DNA of 32,000 nucleotides from Candidatus Methylomirabilis limnetica (GCF_003044035.1 NZ_NVQC01000012.1:2030-34029); one strand, 5' to 3'; shown: positions 1 to 7,629, counted from the first letter of the stretch. Made by a program: numbers and translations. The notes: generated by a model not told the origin, from the letters alone.

Positions 1-329
1 CACCGCAAGCGCAATGCCGCATCGTAGATATCCTGCTGGTCGCGATAGCGGCCGACTCCCACTTGCCAGAGCACGCGACTGGCAAGCCTGCTCCACAGGT
101 TGATCGTGTACACCAGGTCGAGCCTGCCTTCGAACGCGACGCCGCCGTCGGTGGCGCGCGCACTCTTCGCGCCCAGTTTCTCCAGTTCCACCGCAAGCCC
201 TGCTTCCAGTCCGCGCGGGCAGGTGGCAAAAAAGCACTCTTCGCCGGTGGCGGCCCCGCGTAGCGGCGCCCACGCGGGTTGCGCCTTCGAATCCCGGGCT
301 GAATACCTAGAATGGCTTGAGGACGACAA
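1..329 (-). CDS. THUMP-domain SAM-dependent RNA methyltransferase (RlmL/RlmK-like), N-terminal part; the gene runs off the left edge
   Basis: My own - strand translation reads ...ECFFATCPRGLEAGLAVELEKLGAKSARATDGGVAFEGRLDLVYTINLWSRLASRVLWQVG..., a typical THUMP N-terminus. The only in-frame start upstream of FFAT is TTG at 329, with an in-frame stop at 333-335, so the start is uncertain. Confidence 0.55.
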   Translation of the reverse strand, partial: MSSSSHSRYSARDSKAQPAWAPLRGAATGEECFFATCPRGLEAGLAVELEKLGAKSARATDGGVAFEGRLDLVYTINLWSRLASRVLWQVGVGRYRDQQDIYDAALRLR

Positions 330-363
330 GGATCACCACCATAAAAAGAATCGTCAAAGTAGC

Positions 364-560
364 GATGAACCCGCCTCTTCGCGGTGGCCGCTCTGTCATC
401 GTACGCATTCTAATCGCTGTCGTTCCAAAAGACCCTTGGCGATCATTCCCTCGTTGCCTCACATGGTACGGGTGGCCGGGTGCAACGGTTCAGGTAACCC
501 GTGGCATGCACGATCATGACCGCGAACACCACGAATCGTTGCGATAATAGTGTCTGTCCC
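364..560 (+). repeat. Copy A (5'-truncated) of a ~200-nt conserved repeat family; candidate structured RNA / MITE
   Basis: Aligns by eye at roughly 80-85% identity to 1462-1676 and 3005-3204. It ends in gataatagtgtctgtccc followed by TA. Confidence 0.85.
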
Positions 561-640
561 TATTTAAATCGCAGATGCCACCGGCGCAGACCGGAATAGC
601 AAATGATGGCACTACGGCAGCCGCTGTGATATAAAGCCGC

Positions 641-1387
641 ATGCTTACGACCATGGAGCGCAAAGAACTGATAGCACTGCAGGGTAAGAAGGAGCGCCAG
701 AGGCGCGGGCTATTTCTCGTGGAGGGCGTAAAGCTCGTGGAAGAGCTGCTTCAGTCGAGATGGGAAGTGGAACGTATCTTTGCCGTTGAGACGTGGAGCC
801 CGGGACGAAAGACGCGCGCGCCAGTGGTGCGCATCGGGGACAATGAGCTGGAGCGAGTGTCGGCCATGGAGGCACCAAACCAGGTTCTTGCTGTCGTGCG
901 CATTCCGAAAGCTGCTCCAGCACCGCCACCGGAAGGACTGGTTCTAGCGCTGGCAGGACTCCGCGATCCCGGCAACATGGGGACCGTCCTCCGGATCGCA
1001 GACTGGTTTGGCGTGTCACGAGTTATCTGCTCACTGGACTGTGCCGAGCGTTTCAATCCAAAGGTTGTCCAGGCAAGCATGGGTTCCATCTTCCGGGTAC
1101 CTGTGCACCGGCAAGACCTTGCCGGATACCTTGGCGATTGCGCAAAGCACGTTGAGATCGTCGCCGCCTGCGCGGCTGGCGGTGAGAACCTGTTCGTCTT
1201 GACGCCGCGTGAGCCTGCCGTGGTGATTCTTGGCAGCGAAGGTCAAGGCATACCTGACGCCCTGATGTCGCATGTGCGCTGCCGCATGACCATCCCGCGC
1301 GCAGGTCATGCGGAGTCGCTCAACGTCGCGGCCGCAGCCGCAGTAGTCTGCGCGGAGTGGAAGCGCGCGGCGCTATCACGCATGTAG
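641..1387 (+). CDS. TrmH/SpoU family RNA 2'-O-methyltransferase (RlmB/YsgA-like)
   Basis: 248-aa ORF with SpoU motifs: GLRDPGNMGTVLRIADWFG, VILGSEGQGIP, IPRAGHAESLNVAAAAAV. Confidence 0.9.
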   Translation: MLTTMERKELIALQGKKERQRRGLFLVEGVKLVEELLQSRWEVERIFAVETWSPGRKTRAPVVRIGDNELERVSAMEAPNQVLAVVRIPKAAPAPPPEGLVLALAGLRDPGNMGTVLRIADWFGVSRVICSLDCAERFNPKVVQASMGSIFRVPVHRQDLAGYLGDCAKHVEIVAACAAGGENLFVLTPREPAVVILGSEGQGIPDALMSHVRCRMTIPRAGHAESLNVAAAAAVVCAEWKRAALSRM

Positions 1388-1461
1388 TGCCTCAGAAGGT
1401 GTGAAGAAATACGATCGGATCTGCTGAGCTTTAACAGCCATGTGCCCGAGGCGGTCTATTT

Positions 1462-1676
1462 TCCTGCGCACCTCCCAGATGAACCCGTCTCTTCGCAGTA
1501 GCCGCTCTGTCATCGTGCGCCTCCGAATCGCTGTCGTTCCGAAAGGCCGCCTGGCAATAACTCCCTCGTTGCGTCACATGATACGGGTGGCCGGATGCAA
1601 TGATTCGGGTAATTCGTGGCAGGCACGGGTCATGACCATAACCACCACGAATCGTTGCGATAATAGTGTCTGTCCC
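1462..1676 (+). repeat. Copy B (5'-truncated) of the ~200-nt repeat family
   Basis: Same conserved blocks and orientation as copies A and C. It ends in ctgtccc followed by TA. Confidence 0.85.
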
Positions 1677-1720
1677 TAATTTTAAAGTATCTGAGCCTGT
1701 CCCGCAAACTCTCGTTCACC

Positions 1721-1796
1721 CTTCGACGCGCTCAGGGCGAACGGTATGGGCATTGAAAAGAAAGATGTTTTTCCATTCGTGCTGAGCCCGTCGAAG
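1721..1796. repeat. Imperfect palindromic REP-like element
   Basis: Arm cttcgacgcgctcagggcgaacgg (1721-1744) is the near reverse complement of ccattcgtgctgagcccgtcgaag (1773-1796). Confidence 0.6.
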
Positions 1797-1814
1797 CACA
1801 ACAAGGGGTTTGTA

Positions 1815-1833
1815 GGACAGGCTCATCTGTCCC
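1815..1833. repeat. Mini element made only of the two terminal-repeat tips of the repeat family, TA-flanked
   Basis: The sequence reads TA ggacag gctcat ctgtccc TA. These are the same tips (ggacag / ctgtccc) and the same TA flanks as copy C. Confidence 0.5.
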
Positions 1834-1880
1834 TATTTTCTGGAAGGTCAGCTCCGGGGCCTTCTTGCGCTTGGGCATAG

Positions 1881-2084
1881 TCAACGCTCCCGAGGCCTGA
1901 TGCGATACTCCGGCGGGGACTCCCGTAAGGTCGCGCCGTTCTGTTGCCTGGCCGCTTCGCGAATCGTGCGCATCCGATCTCGCAACGCGTCGAGCATCGC
2001 GAGTTTCTCCACTAAAGGAAGAGCGGTCAGATTCCGGCGAAGCGCCCGCTTGCTGTCGAGAATCCTTTGGAGGTCGAAGCTCAT
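1881..2084 (-). CDS. Hypothetical 67-aa protein, translationally coupled to the upstream gene
   Basis: The ORF start overlaps the stop of 2081-2572 in an ATGA arrangement. The sequence is predicted helical and charged. No family recognised. Confidence 0.5.
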   Translation of the reverse strand: MSFDLQRILDSKRALRRNLTALPLVEKLAMLDALRDRMRTIREAARQQNGATLRESPPEYRIRPRER

Positions 2085-2572
2085 GTCCCGCTCTGGAGGA
2101 AGGTTCTCTCAAATTCGCGCCACCGATCAACGAGTCCGTGCCGCGCCAGGATGGCCTGAAAACGTTTGGCCTCCAGCGCGTCGGCCTCGACGAACTGGAG
2201 TAGCCGCGCCTTGTCTTTGGCCCGGCCGGTCTGCAAAGCGATCGCCGCGAGATGCTCCGCCGTCAAGACCCACGCTGCCGTGCCTTCCACGTCCACAGTC
2301 ACGGCCTCGGCCAGCGCTTCTTCCACCAGCGGACCTGTGGGCGGCAGAAACTGAACGGGCCATCCGGCAATAACGATGTATTCGCCCTCGACAACGCCGC
2401 CCCGGGCCGTGAGGTAATCGAAGATGGAGCGCGGGCTGATCAGGACCTGGCGGGGTTGTTGTTTAAACCCGACGAAGATGTCCACGTCCAGCGTGGCCAC
2501 CGGTTCGAGGTAAAACGTCGCGCCCACCGCCCCGCCAATGGCGTAGCGCTCCACGACCCTGTCGGTCTCCAT
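2081..2572 (-). CDS. Hypothetical protein, possibly nucleotidyltransferase-fold
   Basis: METDRVVERYAIGGAVGATFYLEPVATLDVDIFV... resembles minimal nucleotidyltransferase cores (GG...D.D). An alternative GTG start at 2608 would add a helix-turn-helix-like VSIARVISIINQ. The long N-terminal extension in the ORF track is low-complexity read-through. Confidence 0.5.
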   Translation of the reverse strand: METDRVVERYAIGGAVGATFYLEPVATLDVDIFVGFKQQPRQVLISPRSIFDYLTARGGVVEGEYIVIAGWPVQFLPPTGPLVEEALAEAVTVDVEGTAAWVLTAEHLAAIALQTGRAKDKARLLQFVEADALEAKRFQAILARHGLVDRWREFERTFLQSGT

Positions 2573-2649
2573 CTGATTGATGATACTGATGACGCGGGCA
2601 ATGCTCACGGCAAGGTCCTTTCCGATGGCCGAAAGTGGAGCGCCCGCTG

Positions 2650-2797
2650 CAAGTCCGCCTCCGTATCCGCCGCTGTCCGGTGACGCATTCGTGGACCAGG
2701 GACTTGCGGTAGGCGACGAACACTTCGATCTGGCGCTCAATTCCACGCGCAACCTGTCGCACTTCGCCGAGCTTCTTGTCGAGATAATAGGTAATGG
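2650..2797 (-). pseudogene. C-terminal remnant of a type I restriction-modification specificity subunit (HsdS)
   Basis: ITYYLDKKLGEVRQVARGIERQIEVFVAYRKSLVHECVTGQRRI matches the conserved HsdS C-terminal helix pattern (..YLD.K...ID....I..L.EYR.SLI..AVTGKIDV). Upstream TRDs are absent and the stop is lost. Confidence 0.45.
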
Positions 2798-2904
2798 GCC
2801 TATGCACTTCACTCAACTGCCCGCAACTGACTGCACTTGGTGCGCATCTCGCACTCAATATGTTGTGGTAAAACCGGCGTCGGTTGATTTAAGTGCATAG
2901 GCCC
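2798..2904. mobile_element. 107-bp MITE-like element with 14-bp terminal inverted repeats
   Basis: gggcctatgcactt (2798-2811) and aagtgcataggccc (2891-2904) are perfect inverted repeats. They are flanked by the direct repeat aataggtaat on both sides. Confidence 0.5.
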
Positions 2905-2918
2905 AATAGGTAATAATA

Positions 2919-3204
2919 GGGACAGACACTATTTATTGAAATCCTTTCTTGGTCTTCCCTCTGCAGTACGCGTTTTACTCGTCCCAGTTATCCTGCTCAC
3001 TTCCCAAATGAACCCATCTCTTTGCAGCGGCCGCTCTGTCATCGTGTACCTTCGAATCGCTGTCGTTCCGAAAGACCGCCTGGTGGTCATTCCCTCATTG
3101 CGTCACATGATACGGGTGGCCGGGTGCAACGATTCGGGTAATCCGTGGTATGCGCGATCATGACCGTACACGCCATGAATTGTCACGATAATAGTGTCTG
3201 TCCC
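2919..3204 (+). mobile_element. Copy C: complete 286-bp member of the repeat family (MITE-like)
   Basis: Perfect 15-bp terminal inverted repeats gggacagacactatt (2919-2933) and aatagtgtctgtccc (3190-3204). TA lies on both flanks (2917-2918, 3205-3206). Confidence 0.8.
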
Positions 3205-3206
3205 TA

Positions 3207-3540
3207 TTTTATGGAGTTCAAGAGGTTCCAGGTCAGTCTCGAGATCCCCAGGTCGCACACGCACTTCGCGCTCATGCTCCCCGGATACGGCCGGAACGTC
3301 GAAGAGGCCGTCCCTGCTCACGCGAACCCGCTCGGCGTACGCGAAGGCGAGCCCTGCACGTGACGTCGCTAGACGTTCGAGAAGCGCGTCAGGATCCCTA
3401 TCCCGGAGCATCACGCCACGCTTCCCCACCGAGAAGTAGAGGAGTGCGTTGCGCCGGTCGAGTTGCAGCAGTCGGGTCTGCCACTGCCGAATCGCCTCGA
3501 CGACTACTTGCTGGCGCGACTTGCTGCTCACAAGCACCAC
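3207..3540 (-). pseudogene. N-terminal fragment of a DUF4011-type superfamily I helicase, truncated by copy C
   Basis: WQTRLLQLDRRNALLYFSVGKRGVMLRD is the DUF4011 N-terminal signature. The reading frame runs straight into the repeat terminus (LELHKIGTDTIIV is the translated TIR). Confidence 0.55.
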
Positions 3541-3777
3541 CTCCGTACGCTACTCCGCCCAGTGGCTTTACCGACACGCCTTTTGCTCACCGTGAGCAAG
3601 CCACGCCGATGGCGTCGGCGACGTCCTGCAAGAAATGAAACCCGAATCCTGACATCTGGCCGCATGCGGGGCCTGAAGGCGCCTAACGCTAGGTTTCAGC
3701 CGCACCTGGAAGCCAGAGCGAGGCGCGAGCGGAGGCTGGAAGACGTCGGCCGCAAACCCTTGTTCGACTGTGTCTGG

Positions 3778-4179
3778 CTAGGGAAAAAGGCCGAGGCGCA
3801 TCCACTGCTGCCGGGCCGCGACCTGGGCCGTGCTGTTCATCCCCAAGCGCACCACTGTTGTCCTACCGCTCGGGGTGAGCCCTTCGATCTCTCCGCTCTC
3901 GGCAGCGATGCGGAAATGGTCCTCCCACTGGTCCTCCCGCGGGTGGAACAGACGGACAACCACATGGCTCTCGGGATCATTGCCGCTGACGTGCGTGGCC
4001 TTATAAAGATTGCAGGCGCGGCAGGCCAGCGCCCAATTCGCGGCAGTATCGTCGCCGCCCCGGGAGACTGGCACAATATGTTCGACTTCTAGCGGCAGGT
4101 TGAAGACGGCTTCCGGCGCGTGGCAATACTCACACCGATGGCCAGCCCGGAGCGCCACCTGCGTATAGTGCGGGTTCAT
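3778..4179 (-). CDS. Small HNH endonuclease (133 aa)
   Basis: HRCEYCH ... EVEHIVPVSRGGDDTAANWALACRACNLYK: an HNH motif with two Cys pairs. Confidence 0.85.
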   Translation of the reverse strand: MNPHYTQVALRAGHRCEYCHAPEAVFNLPLEVEHIVPVSRGGDDTAANWALACRACNLYKATHVSGNDPESHVVVRLFHPREDQWEDHFRIAAESGEIEGLTPSGRTTVVRLGMNSTAQVAARQQWMRLGLFP

Positions 4180-4538
4180 CGCCCCAAGGCGTCAGCCAAT
4201 GTGGCAGCTCGCGCTGCTGCTGCGTGCAACTCCGCTTCGACGAGCGCTTCCAGCTCGGTCTGCTCGTCCATAGACAGCGTATACCCTTGGTCTCGCACGG
4301 TCCGCCAGCGCTCCATCAGTGCGGAAAGGCTCTGTTGTTGGGCTGCAGTGAAGAACCGATCCGAGCGCAGACTTTGCACGATGACCAGCGTGCTCGTCTC
4401 GTCCGCAGATAATTGCGCTGTGAGCGCGTCTAACGCTTCCCCCACTGTTTTGCCCTCGGCGTGCTTTGTACCAGCGATGGCACAGTAGGAAAGCTCGCCG
4501 TGCCCCGCTGGGATAGGCAAGATGGCTACCTTTGTCAT
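4176..4538 (-). CDS. Hypothetical 120-aa partner of the HNH endonuclease
   Basis: AGGAGG Shine-Dalgarno 8 nt upstream. Its stop overlaps the HNH start (ATGA at 4176-4179). The C-terminal half is helical (QQQSLSALMERWRTVRDQG...EALVEAEL). Confidence 0.7.
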   Translation of the reverse strand: MTKVAILPIPAGHGELSYCAIAGTKHAEGKTVGEALDALTAQLSADETSTLVIVQSLRSDRFFTAAQQQSLSALMERWRTVRDQGYTLSMDEQTELEALVEAELHAAAARAATLADALGR

Positions 4539-4756
4539 AGTGACGACCTCCTACTGGCCATTGAAAGGCGTTCAAGCCGTACTTTCCCTTAGGCTGTAGC
4601 CTAACGGTATTGAGTGGGCTGGTCAGTCTAGCTCTGTTACAACCTGTTAACGTTAGACGAACTAGTCGAACAGCCGCGTCTCGCGGTCATAGCGCCGGTG
4701 GCACTGCGGCTCCTCGTAGGGTGAAATAATGATAAGACAGTCGATAATGGCGCTCA

Positions 4757-4942
4757 CTATTCGGTATCCCAAGCCAGGGTCATGCCTTCCTGCGCTAGCG
4801 CTGTTCGTACGGTGTGCCGCACGAGTGCAGCGATCTCGATCGCATGGCGTGCCTCCTCTTCGGTTACTGCCTGGTCTTCACCGGGATAGCGCGCCGTGAT
4901 CGCAAATGGGGTGAGTTCTTCTGCTTCATGGAGGGCTTCCAC
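4757..4942 (-). pseudogene. C-terminal half of a HEPN-domain protein (partner of the MNT gene)
   Basis: ITARYPGEDQAVTEEEARHAIEIAALV matches HEPN C-terminal helices. Only 61 codons are open, from a GTG immediately after an in-frame TAG. The N-terminal half is missing. Confidence 0.5.
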
Positions 4943-4965
4943 CTACCACCTTTTGCCGAATCACT

Positions 4966-5286
4966 TCATCGGGGACGCTCATAAAGCACCTTCCCTTCCA
5001 GGGAGGCCGGGCGAGCTACGGTGCCAGGAATATCACGGTCGCGCTCGAACTCCTCAGGGGTGATGACCACTACGTCCCGCGCAAACCCCAAACCGGCGAG
5101 CGCCCGATCCATCGCTACCATCAGTGACCGGCGACTGCCTGTCAGCGGGCATACCACCAGGAGATCGACGTCGCTTCGCTCATCAGCCGTTCCCCGCGCT
5201 TGCGAGCCAAATAGAATCACGCGGTGTGGTTTAAATTGAGCGACCAGACGATCCCTGGCTTGATTTAATACTTGCTCGCTAATCAT
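4966..5286 (-). CDS. Minimal nucleotidyltransferase (MNT family antitoxin-like)
   Basis: From internal ATG: MISEQVLNQARDRLVAQFKPHRVILFGSQARGTADERSDVDLLVV. This is the GS...D.D nucleotidyltransferase motif. Confidence 0.8.
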   Translation of the reverse strand: MISEQVLNQARDRLVAQFKPHRVILFGSQARGTADERSDVDLLVVCPLTGSRRSLMVAMDRALAGLGFARDVVVITPEEFERDRDIPGTVARPASLEGKVLYERPR

Positions 5287-5552
5287 CTCCCCCTCGCAAC
5301 TTTCAGATTCCTGCGCACACGCTAACTGAGACTGCCGTAGAAGCCGAGACGAGCTCGGACGAACTCCAACTCGGCCTTCAAGGGACTCAGCCTCGCAACT
5401 GAGTCTTGTCAAGCAGGTTAAACATAGCTCGGTTGACACGGGTGTCAAGCAAAATGAAACCGTTAGAACAGCAAAGGATCAACTAGAACACACGACCCTG
5501 TGCGACGATCGGGCTTGCGGCAGACGCTGCCTTCTGGCAGAATAACGGCACG

Positions 5553-6956
5553 ATGGCAGAGACACTCCTAGACAAGATCTGGCGCGCTCACACTGTTCGG
5601 ACGCTTCCCTCGGGACAGACGCAGCTTTTCGTCGGCCTGCACCTGCTCCACGAGGTGACCAGCCCTCAGGCCTTCCAGATGGTACGCGAGGCCGGGCTCA
5701 CGGTCCGCTACCCCGAGCGGACCTTTGCGACCATCGACCACATCGTTCCTACCGCCTCTCAACTCCGTCCCTTCGCCGACCCGATGGCTGAGGAGATGAC
5801 CGTCCACCTGACCCGAAACTGCAAGGAGTTCGGCATCCCATTCTTTGATCTGGACAGCAGCCGGCAGGGGATCGTCCATGTTATCGGGCCGGAGCTTGGG
5901 CTGACCCAGCCGGGCATGACCATCGCCTGTGGCGACAGCCACACCTCCACCCACGGGGCGCTGGGGGCGCTGGCGTTCGGTATCGGCACCAGCCAGGTGC
6001 GGGATATCCTGGCGACCCAATGCATAGCGATGACCAAACCTAAGATTCGGCAGATCCGGATAGAAGGTAGGCTGACGCGTGGGGTCTACGCCAAGGATGT
6101 GATCCTGGCAATCATTCGCAAGCTGGGCGTGAAAGGCGGGGTAGGTTACGCCTATGAGTACGCGGGATCGGCAATTGAAGTGATGTCGATGGAAGAGCGT
6201 CTAACTATCTGTAATATGAGCATCGAGGGCGGGGGGCGCGTCGGCTATGTGAACCCCGACGCAACCACCTTCGAGTACCTCAGGGGACGCCCCTTCGCGC
6301 CACACGGCGAGGCCTTTGACCGGGCCGTGGCCTGGTGGAGGGGCACAGCGTCGGACCCAGACGCCACCTTCGACGATGTCGTGCTCCTCCATGGCCCCTC
6401 GATCGAGCCCATGCTCACCTGGGGCATCAACCCTGGGCAATCGATAGGGGTGAGCGAGCAGATCCCGCATCCAAACGACGCGCCCGATGTGGACAGAGCC
6501 GCCTGGGCCGAGGCGCTGACCTTCATGGATCTTGAGTCCGGCCAGCCGATCGTCGGGACGCCGATCGATGTCGCCTTCATCGGCTCCTGCACCAACGGGC
6601 GCCTCTCTGACTTGCGGGTTGCGGCCGAGGTTGTCCGGGGGCGAAAGGTGGCGGGGGGGATCAGGGCCCTCGTCGTTCCAGGGTCTCAGGCGGTGGCCAT
6701 GGCAGCCGAGGCCGAGGGGCTCCACGAGATCTTTCTGGCGGCCGGGTTTGCGTGGCGAAAGGCGGGCTGTTCGCTCTGTCTCGGGATGAATGAGGATAAG
6801 CTGATAGGCCGGGAGCTTTGCGCCGCTTCCAGTAACCGGAACTTCAAGGGGCGCATGGGGAGCCCCACGGGGCGGACGCTCCTTATGAGCCCGGCTATGG
6901 TGGCCGCGGCAGCCATTCAAGGGAAGATCTCGGACGTGCGGGAGATGCTGCCGTGA
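5553..6956 (+). CDS. leuC: 3-isopropylmalate dehydratase large subunit
   Basis: 467 aa with aconitase-family motifs ([20 protein letters not shown]) and the typical LeuC N-terminus TLLDKIW..H. It is followed by leuD. Confidence 0.95.
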   Translation: MAETLLDKIWRAHTVRTLPSGQTQLFVGLHLLHEVTSPQAFQMVREAGLTVRYPERTFATIDHIVPTASQLRPFADPMAEEMTVHLTRNCKEFGIPFFDLDSSRQGIVHVIGPELGLTQPGMTIACGDSHTSTHGALGALAFGIGTSQVRDILATQCIAMTKPKIRQIRIEGRLTRGVYAKDVILAIIRKLGVKGGVGYAYEYAGSAIEVMSMEERLTICNMSIEGGGRVGYVNPDATTFEYLRGRPFAPHGEAFDRAVAWWRGTASDPDATFDDVVLLHGPSIEPMLTWGINPGQSIGVSEQIPHPNDAPDVDRAAWAEALTFMDLESGQPIVGTPIDVAFIGSCTNGRLSDLRVAAEVVRGRKVAGGIRALVVPGSQAVAMAAEAEGLHEIFLAAGFAWRKAGCSLCLGMNEDKLIGRELCAASSNRNFKGRMGSPTGRTLLMSPAMVAAAAIQGKISDVREMLP

Positions 6957-7549
6957 GACAGGACGACCTTCGACGCCGGATCGCCGGTCGCGCGATACCG
7001 CTGCCCGGCAATGATATCGACACCGACCGGATCATCCCGGCCCGCTTTCTGAAATGCATTACCTTCGAGGGACTTGAGGCGCACGTCTTCGAGGACGACC
7101 GCCGGCAGATGCCGGACCACCCGTTCAACCAGGCTCGCTACCAGGGGGCGACGATCCTGGTTGTCGGCCAAAACTTCGGCTGCGGCTCCTCGCGGGAGCA
7201 TGCGCCGGAGGCGCTCAGGCGCTGGGGGATTCGCGGCATCGTGGGTGAGTCGTTCGCCGAGATCTTCTTCGGCAATTGCACGGCGATAGGACTCCCGTGT
7301 CTGACGCTGGATGCCGAAGGCGTCGCCTGGTTAGGAGGGGTCGTGTCGCGACGCCCGGAGCAGGAGGTCTTGCTGGATGTCGAGGACCGACTGGTGCGCC
7401 TTGATGAGCGGATATTCCCTACCATGATTCCAGATGGGGTACGGAATCAACTCTTGACGGGCACCTGGAACGCGATGGGCGTCCTGCTGGAGGCTAGAGA
7501 CGAGATCGACCGGGTCGCCAGGAGCCTTCCTTACGTCAACGGCTATTGA
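6953..7549 (+). CDS. leuD: 3-isopropylmalate dehydratase small subunit
   Basis: 198 aa with the [14 protein letters not shown] motif. Its GTG start overlaps the leuC stop (GTGA). Confidence 0.95.
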   Translation: MRQDDLRRRIAGRAIPLPGNDIDTDRIIPARFLKCITFEGLEAHVFEDDRRQMPDHPFNQARYQGATILVVGQNFGCGSSREHAPEALRRWGIRGIVGESFAEIFFGNCTAIGLPCLTLDAEGVAWLGGVVSRRPEQEVLLDVEDRLVRLDERIFPTMIPDGVRNQLLTGTWNAMGVLLEARDEIDRVARSLPYVNGY

Positions 7550-7629
7550 GAGTGGTCAGTGATCAGTGATCAGACGCCGACCACAGCGCACTAGCCACTG
7601 CCCACTGCTATACCCCTATAGGAGGCAGG

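Noticed and set aside
317-3163. Three 75-79-aa ORFs (317-547, 1440-1679, 2936-3163) with similar sequences (NPSLRS.RSVIV.LRIAVVPK...)
   Set aside because: They are the same DNA repeat translated in one frame. Differences between copies are not biased to synonymous sites, there is no Shine-Dalgarno, and their starts are not conserved.
3541-3777. Hairpins (ttgctca-ccg-tgagcaa; gccga-tggcg-tcggc) between the helicase remnant and the HNH gene
   Set aside because: The stems are short and isolated, with no repeats or T-tracts. Nothing distinguishes them from chance in GC-rich DNA.
364-4179. Idea that the repeat is a HEARO/omega-RNA guiding the nearby HNH nuclease (IscB-like system)
   Set aside because: The HNH protein is only 133 aa, has no RuvC segments, lies on the opposite strand and is more than 570 bp from the nearest copy. 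The repeat has terminal inverted repeats and TA flanks, unlike IS200/IS605-type elements. There is no positive evidence for a link.
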